Positions 18,878 to 29,272 of a stretch of DNA of 64,000 bases are shown piece after piece. Source of the stretch: an uncultured Eubacteriales bacterium (lineage in GTDB: Bacteria; Bacillota; Clostridia; Oscillospirales; Acutalibacteraceae); the NCBI GenBank assembly GCA_934466515.1, contig CAKSLH010000003.1, positions 228,472 to 292,471 on the forward strand, in the 5' to 3' direction. The notes under the pieces were generated by a model. The model was not told the origin of the DNA. It saw only the letters and a list, made by a program, of their open reading frames with translations, and did no database searches. Position 1 is the stretch's first letter, and each line of letters starts with the position of its first letter. The position numbers were made by a program, and so were the translations under genes.

Positions 18878-20140
18878 GTCTTTTTCCTTTTCTTTGTCTT
18901 CCTGCTTTTCGGAAACCTTTATCTCAAGCAGGGCAACACGGTGGTTTTCAAGCTTTAAAACCTTAATATTCAGATTTTCATAATCAAAGCTTTCGCCCTC
19001 TTCGGGAATCTGCCCGAACTGTTCCATTGTCCAGCCGCCGAGAGAAACCGATTCTGTTTCAATCTTTATATCGAAATAATCGCAGAAATCGTTCATTTCC
19101 ATGTAGCCGTCGGCTTCGTAAGTGTCAGGACCTGTTTTCTTTATCATAACGTCGACCTCGTCATGCTCATCCCAAATTTCGCCTACAAGCTCTTCGATTA
19201 TGTCTTCCATTGTAACTATTCCGTAAGTTCCGCCGTATTCGTCGACTACTACGGCAATATGGGATTTTTCCTTTTGAAGCTCGCGCAGGATGTCGCTGAC
19301 CTTTTCGTTTTTCATAACGAAAATCGCAGGGGTGATAATGCTTTTTATCGGCTTTTTGGTAATTCCCGACTCGGTGTAGAAATCCTTTAAGTGAATAACG
19401 CCGACAATATGGTCGATATCCTCTTCATAAACTAAAATTCTCGAAAATTTAGTTTCCGCAAATACCTTTGCTATTTCTTCCTTGGTGCTGTCGATTGAAA
19501 CCGCCTCAAGATCGACTCGGTGGGTTAATATATCCTCCGCCTCTATGTCGTTAAACTCGATTGCGTTTTTAAGCAGCTCGCCCTCTTCCTCGTCAACACT
19601 GCCGTCCTGCTGAACCTCATCAACAAGCATTAAAAGCTCGTCATGCGACATTTTTGTGTCGGCTTCAAGCTTGAATATCTTTGTGACAAGCTTTTTCCAA
19701 AGAGAAAATATGAAATTAAGCGGTAAAAGCAGATAAATGAAAAATTTGATAAGCGGGGCGGAAAACATCGCAAATTTTTCGGGGCAGTCCTTTGAAATGC
19801 TTTTAGGGGTTATCTCGCCGAAAATAAGAATGATAACGGTTGTAAATACCGTCGAAAGCGTAGCTCCTACATCCCCGTAAGCATTAACGAACATAACCGT
19901 AGCAATAGAAGCCGCCGCGATGTTTACGATATTGTTTCCTATAAGAATAGTTGAAAGCAGACGGTCATAATTGTCCGCAAGCTTGTTTGTCATTTCCGCC
20001 CGCTTGTTTCCTTTTTCCGCCATTGTTTTAAGCTTTGTTCTGTTGAGTGATGAAAACGCCGTCTCCGTCGCCGAAAAATATGCCGACATAACGGTTAATA
20101 TCACAAGAATAAGTATAGAGGATAGATTGTCCTTTAACAT
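18875..20140 (-). CDS. hemolysin-family protein CorC/HlyC/TlyC (CNNM TM domain + CBS pair + CorC_HlyC)
   Basis: DUF21 TM region, tandem CBS domains and a transporter-associated C-terminal domain. RBS aagggag before ATG 20140. The track ORF extends to 20194. Confidence 0.8.
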   Translation of the reverse strand: MLKDNLSSILILVILTVMSAYFSATETAFSSLNRTKLKTMAEKGNKRAEMTNKLADNYDRLLSTILIGNNIVNIAAASIATVMFVNAYGDVGATLSTVFTTVIILIFGEITPKSISKDCPEKFAMFSAPLIKFFIYLLLPLNFIFSLWKKLVTKIFKLEADTKMSHDELLMLVDEVQQDGSVDEEEGELLKNAIEFNDIEAEDILTHRVDLEAVSIDSTKEEIAKVFAETKFSRILVYEEDIDHIVGVIHLKDFYTESGITKKPIKSIITPAIFVMKNEKVSDILRELQKEKSHIAVVVDEYGGTYGIVTMEDIIEELVGEIWDEHDEVDVMIKKTGPDTYEADGYMEMNDFCDYFDIKIETESVSLGGWTMEQFGQIPEEGESFDYENLNIKVLKLENHRVALLEIKVSEKQEDKEKEKD

Positions 20141-20341
20141 TAAAAATTTAACTCCCTTTTTAAAAATAATTCCCTTTAAAGCGCAAAAAAGCACATCCGT
20201 TCAGCAATAAGACTGAACAGAAATGCTTAATAAATCTAAAAAATAATAATTATCCGCGTCCGTAGTATCGCTACTGTCGCCGTCCATTATAGACTGATTC
20301 CTCCGTTTCGGTTATTAACAGATAAAAACATTATACTTTAT

Positions 20342-21532
20342 TTATTCCGAATAGTCAATATCTTTTTGTGATGTATCGGGTAAATCGGGATTATAATGCT
20401 TTTCCTTAGCCTTTTTGTTTATAAGTCTTCTGAAAAGCGTGTATAAAACCGACGCCGTAGGAACGCCGATCAGCATGCCTATAAATCCGAAGGTGCCTCC
20501 GCCTACTGTAACTGCTACAAGCACCCAAATTCCCGGAAGTCCTACTGATTTTCCCACTACCTTAGGATAGATAAGATTTCCTTCTAACTGCTGTAAAACA
20601 ATAATAAAGATTACAAACCAAAGCGCCTTCGCAGGTGAAATAAAGAGGATTAAAAACGCTCCTATCGCTGTACCTATTATGCTGCCGAAAACGGGTATAA
20701 GCGCCGTAAACCCGACAAGAATGGAAACCGCCGCCGCATAAGGCATTTTAAATATAAGCATTCCTATAAAGCACAGACACCCTATAATCACGGCCTCTAC
20801 AAGCTGACCCGAAATGAAGTTTGAGAAAATTCTGTCCGTAAGCATTATAATCTCAAAGGTTTTGTCAAAGCGCTTTTTGGGGACAGCGGCATATAAAGCT
20901 TTTTTTGCCTGCCTGCCGAGCTTTTCTTTCTGAGCAAGAATATAAATTGCAAATGCGAGAGCAAGAATACCGTTTACAACCGTTGAAACCAAAGAGCCCG
21001 TAAGCTTGATAGTCTGATTGACAATAAGCTCGCCCTTGTCCTTAAGAAAATCCGTAAGCTTTGCGGTCAGCTTATCCAAATTGAAGTTGAATTCCGGCAA
21101 AATATCGCCGTGTCTTTCAAAGAAGTCGGAAACGCTGTCAAGCCAAGCGTCCGCCTGTTTCGAATATGACGGAAGCGCTTCGACAATTGAAGTAATCGTT
21201 TTTGAAACTTCAGGGATTATAATAAGGAATATTGCGGCTACGATGCCGATAATGATTATTAAACTCAGAACAAGGCTTACGGGTCTTTTAAGTTTAAGGG
21301 CAATTTTGTTTTCATTTTTTAAAAACAGCTTTGAATAGAGCCTTTCGAGCGGCTTTAAAATCTCATTTACAACAAATGCAATTCCGAGACCTAAAAGAAA
21401 CGGCGAAATAACCTTAAGAATTTTATCGACTATCCCTACTATCAGTTTGAAGTTAATAAGACCGAGAACGCATAAAGCGACAATAAGAATCAGCATAACC
21501 GCATATTTGAAATTTTCTTTTAATTCCTTCAT
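20342..21532 (-). CDS. AI-2E family transporter (UPF0118/PerM)
   Basis: 396 aa, 8 TM helices, typical AI-2E family pattern. Confidence 0.75.
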   Translation of the reverse strand: MKELKENFKYAVMLILIVALCVLGLINFKLIVGIVDKILKVISPFLLGLGIAFVVNEILKPLERLYSKLFLKNENKIALKLKRPVSLVLSLIIIIGIVAAIFLIIIPEVSKTITSIVEALPSYSKQADAWLDSVSDFFERHGDILPEFNFNLDKLTAKLTDFLKDKGELIVNQTIKLTGSLVSTVVNGILALAFAIYILAQKEKLGRQAKKALYAAVPKKRFDKTFEIIMLTDRIFSNFISGQLVEAVIIGCLCFIGMLIFKMPYAAAVSILVGFTALIPVFGSIIGTAIGAFLILFISPAKALWFVIFIIVLQQLEGNLIYPKVVGKSVGLPGIWVLVAVTVGGGTFGFIGMLIGVPTASVLYTLFRRLINKKAKEKHYNPDLPDTSQKDIDYSE

Positions 21533-21628
21533 CCTTTGCTCTCCTGCTTATAAACTGTTGAAAAATTTTTATATCAATGCTATAATAACATAAAATGGTT
21601 TTATTTTCAATAAAAAGGGGAGATTTTT

Positions 21629-22312
21629 GTGAAAAAAACAAGTACTGTGCTTTGGGGAATTGTGCTTATCGGGTTAGGAACGCTTTTTGCGCTTAAAGCC
21701 GTAGGCATAAATGTTTTCGATATCCTGTTTACAGGCTGGTGGACTTTATTTATAATCATTCCGAGCCTTATCGGCGTTTTTACCGACAGAGATAAAACAG
21801 GCAGCTTTATAGGTCTTGCCGCCGGCGTTTTATTGCTCCTTTGCTGCCGCGAAATTCTCGCGTTTAAAATTTTCTGGAAGCTGTTGGTTCCTGCGATTAT
21901 AATTATTATAGGAATTAAGCTTATAATATCGGCTGTTTTTTCAAAAAAGCTTCCTGATGTTATTCCGGCAATAAATAAAAGCTTCAGCGGCTTTAAAAGC
22001 GGTAACGCAATTTTTTCGGGAGACCGAATCGACTGTGCAGGCGAGGTTTTTGAAGGCGCGGAATTAAATGCAATATTCGGAGGCGTTGAATGCGACTTAA
22101 GATATGCGATTATTGATAAGGACTGCGTCATTAAAGCAAATGCAATATTCGGCGGAATAGATATTTTTGTTCCCGATAATGTCAATGTCAAGGTGATTTC
22201 CCATTCGCTTTTCGGCGGTGTCGACTGCAAGAAGAAAACAGGCGGTCAGGAATTTGACAAAACACTTTATATTGAAGCCTCCTGCATTTTCGGCGGAATT
22301 GATATAAAGTAA
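21629..22312 (+). CDS. LiaF-like cell-wall stress protein (DUF5668 TM region + LiaF C-terminal beta-helix domain)
   Basis: N-terminal TM segments, then repeated IFGG(V/I)D motifs characteristic of the LiaF/DUF2154 toast-rack domain. Confidence 0.6.
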   Translation: MKKTSTVLWGIVLIGLGTLFALKAVGINVFDILFTGWWTLFIIIPSLIGVFTDRDKTGSFIGLAAGVLLLLCCREILAFKIFWKLLVPAIIIIIGIKLIISAVFSKKLPDVIPAINKSFSGFKSGNAIFSGDRIDCAGEVFEGAELNAIFGGVECDLRYAIIDKDCVIKANAIFGGIDIFVPDNVNVKVISHSLFGGVDCKKKTGGQEFDKTLYIEASCIFGGIDIK

Positions 22313-22400
22313 TTAAAAATTAAAAATTTAACCGATGGCAGCTTTTTGTCATCGGTTATTTTTATTACTGCTTGATTTTTTTAAAACAGAGTAGTATAAT

Positions 22401-22832
22401 ATGTTTATAACCGAGGTGAGAAATGTGCTTATTTCAACAAAAGGCCGTTATGCTTTAAGAATTATGATAGATTTGGCTCTCCATTCGTCGGAGGGTTATA
22501 TTCCCCTGCCTGTTATCGCCGAAAGGCAGAACATTTCCGAAAAATATCTTGAAAGCATTATTTCAATTCTTGCAAAAGCTAAGCTTGTGCAGGGCGTAAG
22601 AGGAAAAAACGGAGGATATAAGCTTTTAAGAAAGCCTGAGGAATACACCGCAGGCGAAATATTAAAGCTCACTGAGGGCACTCTCGCTCCCGTATCCTGT
22701 CTTGAAAGCAGTGAAAACAAATGCGAGCGCTCTGAGTTCTGCCTTACGCTTCCTCTGTGGAAAAAGCTTGACGAGGCAATAAATACCTGTCTTGACGGCG
22801 TAAAGCTTTCAGACCTGATAGCAGAAAAATAG
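22401..22832 (+). CDS. Rrf2 family transcriptional regulator
   Basis: STKGRYALRIMIDLA N-terminal winged-helix signature and three C-terminal Cys (CLESSENKCERSEFC). Start may be GTG 22428. Confidence 0.85.
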   Translation: MFITEVRNVLISTKGRYALRIMIDLALHSSEGYIPLPVIAERQNISEKYLESIISILAKAKLVQGVRGKNGGYKLLRKPEEYTAGEILKLTEGTLAPVSCLESSENKCERSEFCLTLPLWKKLDEAINTCLDGVKLSDLIAEK

Positions 22833-22898
22833 TTTAAAAAGCAATCGGTTTTTTCCTTTCCCCTCTCGCATTCTTCCATTCGCTTTCCTTAAAAGATA

Positions 22899-22934
22899 AA
22901 AAGTGTGCGGAAAACTTTTCCGCACACTTTTTAT
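22899..22934 (+). terminator. intrinsic terminator
   Basis: aaaagtgtgcggaaaacttttccgcacactttttat. Confidence 0.75.
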
Positions 22935-23032
22935 ATCGTTTTTTGCAATATTTATACCCTGTTTTGCAATTGTATTTTTAAACTTAATATGATACTATTT
23001 AAAAATAAACAGTTAAAAAAGGGGAATTTGCT

Positions 23033-24403
23033 ATGGAACGCAGAGAGGTTTTAAAATACTTTAAATTATATGAAAATTATATGAATTCCCGTGTAAACGA
23101 GGGTATTGAGAAGTACCGAAAAGGCGGATTTAAAATCAAAGTCCTTGATAAACACGGTAAGCCTGTCAGCGCAAAGATAACCGCAGAGCTTAAAAACCAT
23201 GCTTTTAATTTCGGAGCTAATATTTTTATGCTTGACACTCTAAGAGATTGGGCAAATGAGGATCCCGTAAAATATAAGGGCTGGCCGTCTTTGCCTGATT
23301 ATAAGGAAAAAAACGAAAAATATAAAGAGTATTTTAAAAAGCTTTTTAATTTTGCAACCCTTCCTTTTTATTGGGCGGATAACGAGCCTGAAAAGGGTAA
23401 ATACCGCTTTTATGAGGATGAACCTCATATTCACAGGAGACCTCCGATAAGCGGCTGCTTAAAATTCTGCAGGGAAAACAATATCCGCACCAAGGCTCAT
23501 TGCCTTAATTATGACGGCTGGGATTGCAAATGGGTAAAGCAGGCAGAGACCGCAGAAGAAGTAAAGAATTATGTTGAAGAAAGAATGAGGATCTGCGCGG
23601 AAAATTTTGCAAAGGATATAAAGGGCTGGGAGGTTACTAATGAAACCTTGGTTTTATATCCTCATCCGGACGGTGCAACAAAGTTCTTTTTCGAGCCGGA
23701 TTTTGTTAGCTGGTCATTTAAGACTGCAAGAAAATATTTCCCCGATAATAAGCTTATAATAAACGATAATCATGAAACCGTCTGGGAATACTTCCTTTAT
23801 AAAAGAAGCAATTATTATCTGCAGATTAAAGATGAACTTAATAACGGTACACCGATAGATATAATAGGAATGCAGAATCATTTCTTCTATAAGCGCGAGG
23901 ATGAAATGAAAATGGCGGAAAAGTTCTATAATCCTAAATTTATTTATGATGTATTAGATACCTATGCTGACTTTAATCTCCCCATTCAGCTTACGGAAAT
24001 AACGATTCCCTCTTATTCTAACGACCCCGAGGATGAAGAAATTCAGGCGCAAATACTTAAAAACCTTTATTCAATATGGTTTTCACATAAGAATATGGAA
24101 TCTATTGTTTATTGGAATATGGTTGAGGGATATTTAGGCCCTGTGCTTGATATGACACAGGGAGAGAATTATTATTACGGCGGTTTTGTAAGAAATGATT
24201 TCTCCTTGAAGCCCGCGTATGAAACGCTTTATAATCTTATTCACAAACAGTGGCATACTAAGGAATCAGTAACCGGAAACGAGCTTGATTTTAGAGGCTT
24301 TTACGGTAATTATGATATAAAAATTGAATTCGGCGGAAATGTTACAGAATTAAGCGCCGATTTCTTAAAAGACTGCGAAAATGAGATAACGGTAACAGTC
24401 TGA
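23033..24403 (+). CDS. glycoside hydrolase family 10-like protein (xylanase-like, no signal peptide)
   Basis: GH10-type pattern (NFATLPFYWADNEP...; WEVTNET; LTEITIP catalytic regions). 456 aa, cytoplasmic. Confidence 0.55.
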   Translation: MERREVLKYFKLYENYMNSRVNEGIEKYRKGGFKIKVLDKHGKPVSAKITAELKNHAFNFGANIFMLDTLRDWANEDPVKYKGWPSLPDYKEKNEKYKEYFKKLFNFATLPFYWADNEPEKGKYRFYEDEPHIHRRPPISGCLKFCRENNIRTKAHCLNYDGWDCKWVKQAETAEEVKNYVEERMRICAENFAKDIKGWEVTNETLVLYPHPDGATKFFFEPDFVSWSFKTARKYFPDNKLIINDNHETVWEYFLYKRSNYYLQIKDELNNGTPIDIIGMQNHFFYKREDEMKMAEKFYNPKFIYDVLDTYADFNLPIQLTEITIPSYSNDPEDEEIQAQILKNLYSIWFSHKNMESIVYWNMVEGYLGPVLDMTQGENYYYGGFVRNDFSLKPAYETLYNLIHKQWHTKESVTGNELDFRGFYGNYDIKIEFGGNVTELSADFLKDCENEITVTV

Positions 24404-24486
24404 TATTAAAAAAAATAAGAGAGCCTTGCAATAAGGAGCAGGTTCTCTTATATTTTTTGAAATTTTTTAAATATTTTGAAAAAACT

Positions 24487-24515
24487 CTTGCATATTTATG
24501 AGATATATGCTATTA
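24487..24515 (+). promoter_or_regulatory. promoter of argG
   Basis: TTGCAT - 17 nt - TATTAT. Confidence 0.55.
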
Positions 24516-24559
24516 TATTATTCGTCAAATGCATAATATTTCATTTCGGAGGCATTTTT

Positions 24560-25789
24560 ATGAATAAAAAAGAAATTAAAAAGGTAGTTCTTGCATATTC
24601 GGGAGGACTTGATACATCAATAATAATTCCTTGGCTTAAGGAAAACTATAATAATCCCGAAATAATCGCGGTTTCGGGAAATGTCGGTCAGCAGGATGAG
24701 CTTGACGGGCTTGAGGAAAAGGCTATAAAAACAGGCGCTTCAAAGCTTTATGTTGAAGACCTTACAGAGGAATTCTTAACAGATTATGTTTTCCCCTGCG
24801 TTCAGGCAGGAGCGCTGTATGAGGATTATATGTTAGGCACCGCTTTTGCAAGACCGCCTATCGCTAAAAAGCTTGTTGAAATCGCAATCGCCGAGGGGGC
24901 TGATGCTATCTGCCACGGCTGCACAGGCAAGGGAAACGATCAGGTAAGATTTGAAATGGCTATAAAAGCGCTTGCTCCCGATATGACTATTATTGCTCCT
25001 TGGAGGGAATGGAGCATTAAGTCAAGGGAAGAGGAAATCGAATATGCCGAGGCTCATAATGTTCCGCTTAAAATAAACAGAGAAACCAATTATTCAAAGG
25101 ATAAAAATATCTGGCATCTTTCTCATGAGGGACTTGACCTTGAGGACCCTGCGAACGAGCCTCTTTATAATAAGGAAGGCTTCCTTGAAATGGGCGTTTC
25201 CCCCGAAAATGCGCCCGATAAGCCTACTTATGTTAAAATTCACTTTGAAAAGGGAATTCCGACTGCTGTTGACGGCAAGGAAATGAATGCGACCGAGCTT
25301 GTAAGCACTCTTAATAAATTGGGCGGAGAAAACGGAATAGGACTTCTTGATATCGTTGAAAACAGGCTTGTCGGAATGAAATGCAGGGGAGTTTATGAGA
25401 CCCCCGGAGGCGCTATTCTTTATAAGGCTCATAATGTTCTTGAAACACTTTGTCTTGATAAGGAAACCGCTCATTATAAGGCACTTGTCGCCCAGAAGCT
25501 TGCGGAGCTTGTTTATAACGCTCAGTGGTTTACTCCTCTTACAGAGGCGATTTTAAGCTTTGTAAAAACCACTCAAAAAACCGTTACAGGCGATGTCACC
25601 TTAAAGCTTTATAAGGGAAATATGATAAACGCGGGAGTAACCTCTCCGTATTCTCTCTATGACCCCGAAATCGCAACCTTTGAGGAGGACGATGTTTATA
25701 ATCAGGCTGACGCAACCGGATTTATAAACCTCTACGGTCTTTCAACCAAGGTTTATGCAAAAATGAAAGCTAAAAACGGATTGAAATAA
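24560..25789 (+). CDS. argG: argininosuccinate synthase
   Basis: [14 protein letters not shown]-loop-like motif and full-length conservation. ATG 24560 follows ggagg. The track ORF starts earlier at an alternative codon. Confidence 0.92.
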   Translation: MNKKEIKKVVLAYSGGLDTSIIIPWLKENYNNPEIIAVSGNVGQQDELDGLEEKAIKTGASKLYVEDLTEEFLTDYVFPCVQAGALYEDYMLGTAFARPPIAKKLVEIAIAEGADAICHGCTGKGNDQVRFEMAIKALAPDMTIIAPWREWSIKSREEEIEYAEAHNVPLKINRETNYSKDKNIWHLSHEGLDLEDPANEPLYNKEGFLEMGVSPENAPDKPTYVKIHFEKGIPTAVDGKEMNATELVSTLNKLGGENGIGLLDIVENRLVGMKCRGVYETPGGAILYKAHNVLETLCLDKETAHYKALVAQKLAELVYNAQWFTPLTEAILSFVKTTQKTVTGDVTLKLYKGNMINAGVTSPYSLYDPEIATFEEDDVYNQADATGFINLYGLSTKVYAKMKAKNGLK

Positions 25790-25802
25790 AAATACAATAA
25801 AA

Positions 25803-25842
25803 AAACAAGGAGTTAAATCGTATGATTTAACTCCTTGTTTTT
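25803..25842. terminator. bidirectional terminator
   Basis: aacaaggagttaaatcgtatgatttaactccttgtttttt. Confidence 0.8.
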
Positions 25843-26837
25843 TAAAGCTCTGCCGAAAAAGTTATATTGTTTTCGCTGTCGCATTTGGCATAAATTTTTC
25901 CTTTATGGCATTCTGTTATGCTTTTTGCAATCGAAAGTCCTATTCCGAAACCGCCGGTTTCACGGCTTCTTGATTTGTCCGCCCTGTAAAATCTTTCAAA
26001 AAGCTGTCCGAGCGTTTCGGGGTCAAGCTTTTCGTCTACTTTATTTGTAACAGATAAAACCGTTTTCCTCTTTATTCTTTTAAGCGTTACTTCAATCGGT
26101 GAATTCAAAGAGGCGTATTTTATCGCATTATCAATAAAAATGGAGCATAACTGCCTTATCGCGTATTCATCTCCGCAATAATCAAGGTCTGGCTCAATGA
26201 GGGATAATAATGTATGTCCGTTTAAGGATGAAAAATCCTCAAAGGATTTGACCGTTTCTCTAAGAGCGTCAGAAATCTTAAATTCCTTCATTTTAAGCGG
26301 AGACTGCTCCTCGTCGAGCCGAGAAAGAGCAACAAGGGAATTTACAAGCTCTTTAAGCTTTTCGTTCTGCGCTTTCGCCTTGTCGATCCATTTGTTTTTG
26401 CCCGTTTCCATTTCGAGAACCTTAAGACTTGTCGCGATAACCGTTATCGGGGTTTTAAGCTCATGTCCTGCGTCGGTTATAAACTGTTTTTGCTTTTCGT
26501 ATCCTCTTACGACAGGATCAATCGCTCTTCTTGAGCATAAAACAACAATTATAAATATTAAAATTATGCAGACAGTCATTGTGGATAATGAAATAATAAG
26601 AACCTTTAAAAGTGAGCTTATTTCCATTTGTGCGTCCAAATATACTGCCATAAAACCGTTTTCGGTTTTAGTAACTTTAAATTTATAGCCGTTTTTAAAT
26701 CCGTAGCCAACCCCGTGATTTATGGCGGCTTTTAAATATTCGTCGGTATCGTTTTGGCTTACTGCCGCAATGTTGTCAAGATTTGAAGAAGTAAGCTTTC
26801 CCTCAGTGCCGTATTCCAAAACGAAATATCTCGTCAT
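25842..26837 (-). pseudogene. sensor histidine kinase, 5'-truncated (no TM1, no start codon for the in-frame sensor-domain extension to 26997)
   Basis: HisKA (HELKTPITVI) and HATPase (GGFGIGLSIAKS) domains are intact. The reading frame stays open upstream for about 54 codons (up to 26997, just inside the TAA at 26998-27000) without any ATG, GTG or TTG. No response regulator is adjacent. Confidence 0.55.
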
Positions 26838-27035
26838 AAACGGCTTTTCTCTGTCCTGCCTGTCATCAGGCTTTTGGTCGGGCTTCTTATCGTCGAATAC
26901 AGGATGGGGAAAAGAGCCGCTGTTGCCGCTGATTGAATCAAGGGTGCGGTTAAGCTGAGAATTAACCGTGGCAAAGCGAAGCTTTGACGGAAGGGTTTGT
27001 TTATATTAAGTGCCGTCAGGCACAGTGCTTAAAAT

Positions 27036-27082
27036 TAAAAAGTCCCACTGTTTCAAATGAGTGAAACAGTGGGTAAATTTTT
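27036..27082 (-). terminator. intrinsic terminator of manA
   Basis: Perfect inverted repeat cccactgtttca-aatgag-tgaaacagtggg with a T-run on the minus strand. Confidence 0.8.
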
Positions 27083-27089
27083 TAACCGA

Positions 27090-28061
27090 TTACAGGTGGG
27101 AGCAAAGAATAGTTGCGGTTCCGGAAACCGTTACCTTTAAATTTGCGGGAATAAAAAGGCTGTCACCTTTTTTAACCGTCATATTTCCGGACGGATAGGA
27201 CACCGTCGCCTCGCCGTCAAGTACAACAGCTGAAACAAAGCTACCGTCGCCGTGAATTCCGGCAATTCCGTTAAGCTCTAAAAGCTCTGCGGTAAACTTA
27301 TCGCATTCAGCAAGAGTTCTTGAAATTCCGAAAGGATACAGCGTTTTTTCGCCGACATCGCCGTAAGGCACGGACGGCGGAGCCGTAACGGTGACATCTA
27401 CAGCCTTGTCTATATGAAGCGCACGGGGCTTGCCGTCCGCTCCGAGCCTGCCGTAGTCCGAAACTCGGTAGGTGGTATTTGAATTCTGCTGAACCTCGGC
27501 TATAAGAATTCCGGCTCCAATGGCATGGAGCGTGCCCGATTTAATAAAGAAAACATCGCCCTTGTGAACATCGACAAAATTGCAGACCTCAGTAAGCGTG
27601 TTATCCTTTATTCTCCGTTTGAATTCTACCTTATCAATTGATTTATTAAATCCGTAGATAAGCTGAGCGCCCTCTTCACAGTCAACAACATACCACATTT
27701 CGGTCTTGCCGTACTCGCCCTCGTTTTTAAGTGCGTATTCATCGTCGGGGTGAACCTGAACCGAAAGCCTGTCCTTAGCGTCGATAAGCTTTATAAGAAG
27801 CGGAAAATAAGGAAAAGCCGCGGCTTTTTCGCCTAAAGCGTCCTTGCCTAAGACTTCAAGCGCCTCACTTAAGGTCTTTCCCGCAAGATATCCGTTTTTA
27901 ACAATGCTTTCGCCGTCCTTATGGCAGGATAAAACCCACGCCTCGGCAGCCTTGTCAAGCTTGGTTTCATATCCGAATTCATCTATAAGTCTTCTTCCGC
28001 CCCATAAATAGTCTTTTATCGGAGCTTTAAGTAAAAGAGGATACATAACAATCATCTCCAT
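27090..28061 (-). CDS. manA: mannose-6-phosphate isomerase, class I
   Basis: LKAPIKDYLWGG and QVHPDD motifs. Confidence 0.85.
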   Translation of the reverse strand: MEMIVMYPLLLKAPIKDYLWGGRRLIDEFGYETKLDKAAEAWVLSCHKDGESIVKNGYLAGKTLSEALEVLGKDALGEKAAAFPYFPLLIKLIDAKDRLSVQVHPDDEYALKNEGEYGKTEMWYVVDCEEGAQLIYGFNKSIDKVEFKRRIKDNTLTEVCNFVDVHKGDVFFIKSGTLHAIGAGILIAEVQQNSNTTYRVSDYGRLGADGKPRALHIDKAVDVTVTAPPSVPYGDVGEKTLYPFGISRTLAECDKFTAELLELNGIAGIHGDGSFVSAVVLDGEATVSYPSGNMTVKKGDSLFIPANLKVTVSGTATILCSHL

Positions 28062-28090
28062 ACAAATTTTATCATATTATATCCTGATTT

Positions 28091-28486
28091 TCAAGCACCC
28101 TTATAGTAATTTACCGCTTTAGCCATAAAATCCTGCGTTACACCGAAATATTCCGCAAGGGAATAAATGTTGTCATAACCCGAGGAAAGCGCCGCGTTGA
28201 ACTTCTTTTCGGGGACAAGCTTTTTTATTGCCCAAAGATTTGCATGTCTTTCATGCTTTTCCCTGATATCAAGCTTTGAATAAATGTTATAAAAGCTGTA
28301 GGTTGCACAGTGCCCCAGCTCGTGAGCCAGACACACCTTTTCGTCAGCGCCTGAAATCTTTTTATCCAGCGCTATATACATTGATTTGCCGCTTTTAAGC
28401 GAAACAGAACGGGTCAGAGGCAGGGGATATCTGTCAACAGGAATTCCCTTGCGCTCGGCAATTCTGTAAAGCCTAATTGTTTCCAT
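28091..28486 (-). CDS. ImmA/IrrE family metallo-endopeptidase
   Basis: HEXXH motif AHELGHC. 131 aa. Overlaps and is co-oriented with the upstream XRE gene. Confidence 0.8.
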   Translation of the reverse strand: METIRLYRIAERKGIPVDRYPLPLTRSVSLKSGKSMYIALDKKISGADEKVCLAHELGHCATYSFYNIYSKLDIREKHERHANLWAIKKLVPEKKFNAALSSGYDNIYSLAEYFGVTQDFMAKAVNYYKGA

Positions 28487-28805
28487 TATACCTCTCCTTT
28501 ATATATTCGGCATATCTTTTTACTTCATTCCACATTTCGTCGGTCACCTCTGTTTCGCCGCCGAAAAGAGCGACCTTAACCGCATTGTCGTCCGCGCCCG
28601 AGTTTTCTTTTCCCGATATAAAATCTACGCTGACATTAAAATAATCCGCAATTTTACTTAATGTACCGAAAGAAAGCGTTTTTGTTCTTCCGCATTTTAA
28701 ATCGGAAAGAGAAGCCCGCGGAATATCGCACTCCTTGCAAAGAGCAGTGACATTGATATTATTTTTCTTGCAGAGAGCTTCGATTCTGTCGTAAATGATT
28801 GCCAT
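28473..28805 (-). CDS. XRE-family helix-turn-helix transcriptional regulator (ImmR-like)
   Basis: N-terminal HTH_XRE (IEALCKKNNINVTALCKECDIPRASLSDLKCG). 110 aa. Confidence 0.8.
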   Translation of the reverse strand: MAIIYDRIEALCKKNNINVTALCKECDIPRASLSDLKCGRTKTLSFGTLSKIADYFNVSVDFISGKENSGADDNAVKVALFGGETEVTDEMWNEVKRYAEYIKERYNGNN

Positions 28806-28978
28806 AATTTTATCCCCTTTAAATAAAATTATGAAAAATCATAATTTTACTCTTGACATTTACGAAAAACCGTAATATAATAAGTTTGCATTACGGAAAA
28901 TCGTAATTAGTTTATTGCAAGTACTATTATATTACATATTTCCGTAAAAGTCAAGAATTATAAAAGGAGAATAAAGGA

Positions 28979-29272
28979 ATGTACAATTGTCAGGACAGTG
29001 AAAAAAATGTTTTGCACTGCAGATATTGCGGAGCAAGACTAAAAGAGGGCAGAACGGAATACTGTAACGATTTTTGCCGTAGGGCGGGTCAGTATCTGTG
29101 GCAGAAGCAGCAACGCAGGAGAAGAAAGTGGCTTAACAGTCCCCTTTCGCATATCGTTGCGAGGGTTGAGGATTATAACAGGGAAAATAAGACCTCTTAT
29201 TCCTACGGCTATTTTGTCGCTTACATATTGCCTAAGCTTATAAAGGGAGGAAAGCTTGCAGATGAATTTTAG
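28979..29272 (+). CDS. small zinc-ribbon protein with basic tail
   Basis: CRYCGARL...YCNDFC then an RRRRK stretch. Divergent from the XRE gene. Confidence 0.45.
   Translation: MYNCQDSEKNVLHCRYCGARLKEGRTEYCNDFCRRAGQYLWQKQQRRRRKWLNSPLSHIVARVEDYNRENKTSYSYGYFVAYILPKLIKGGKLADEF

Noticed and set aside
20195-20341. Possible leader/attenuator upstream of the CorC/HlyC gene (hairpin plus T-run ~40 nt before its RBS)
   Set aside because: The hairpin is imperfect and is equally well explained as the terminator of the upstream AI-2E gene on the same strand. Evidence is too weak for a separate feature.
21607-22230. 207-aa ORF antisense to the LiaF-like gene, and other antisense ORFs (10579-10881, 36087-36590, 51202-52647, 37635-38396 and similar)
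   Set aside because: Each lies inside a confidently assigned CDS on the other strand, shows biased Ser/Pro/Arg-rich translations typical of antisense frames, and lacks start context.
26722-26958. 78-aa plus-strand ORF between the histidine kinase and manA
   Set aside because: It is antisense to the open in-frame N-terminal extension of the histidine kinase and has a low-complexity translation. It is better explained as the complement of the decayed kinase 5' region.
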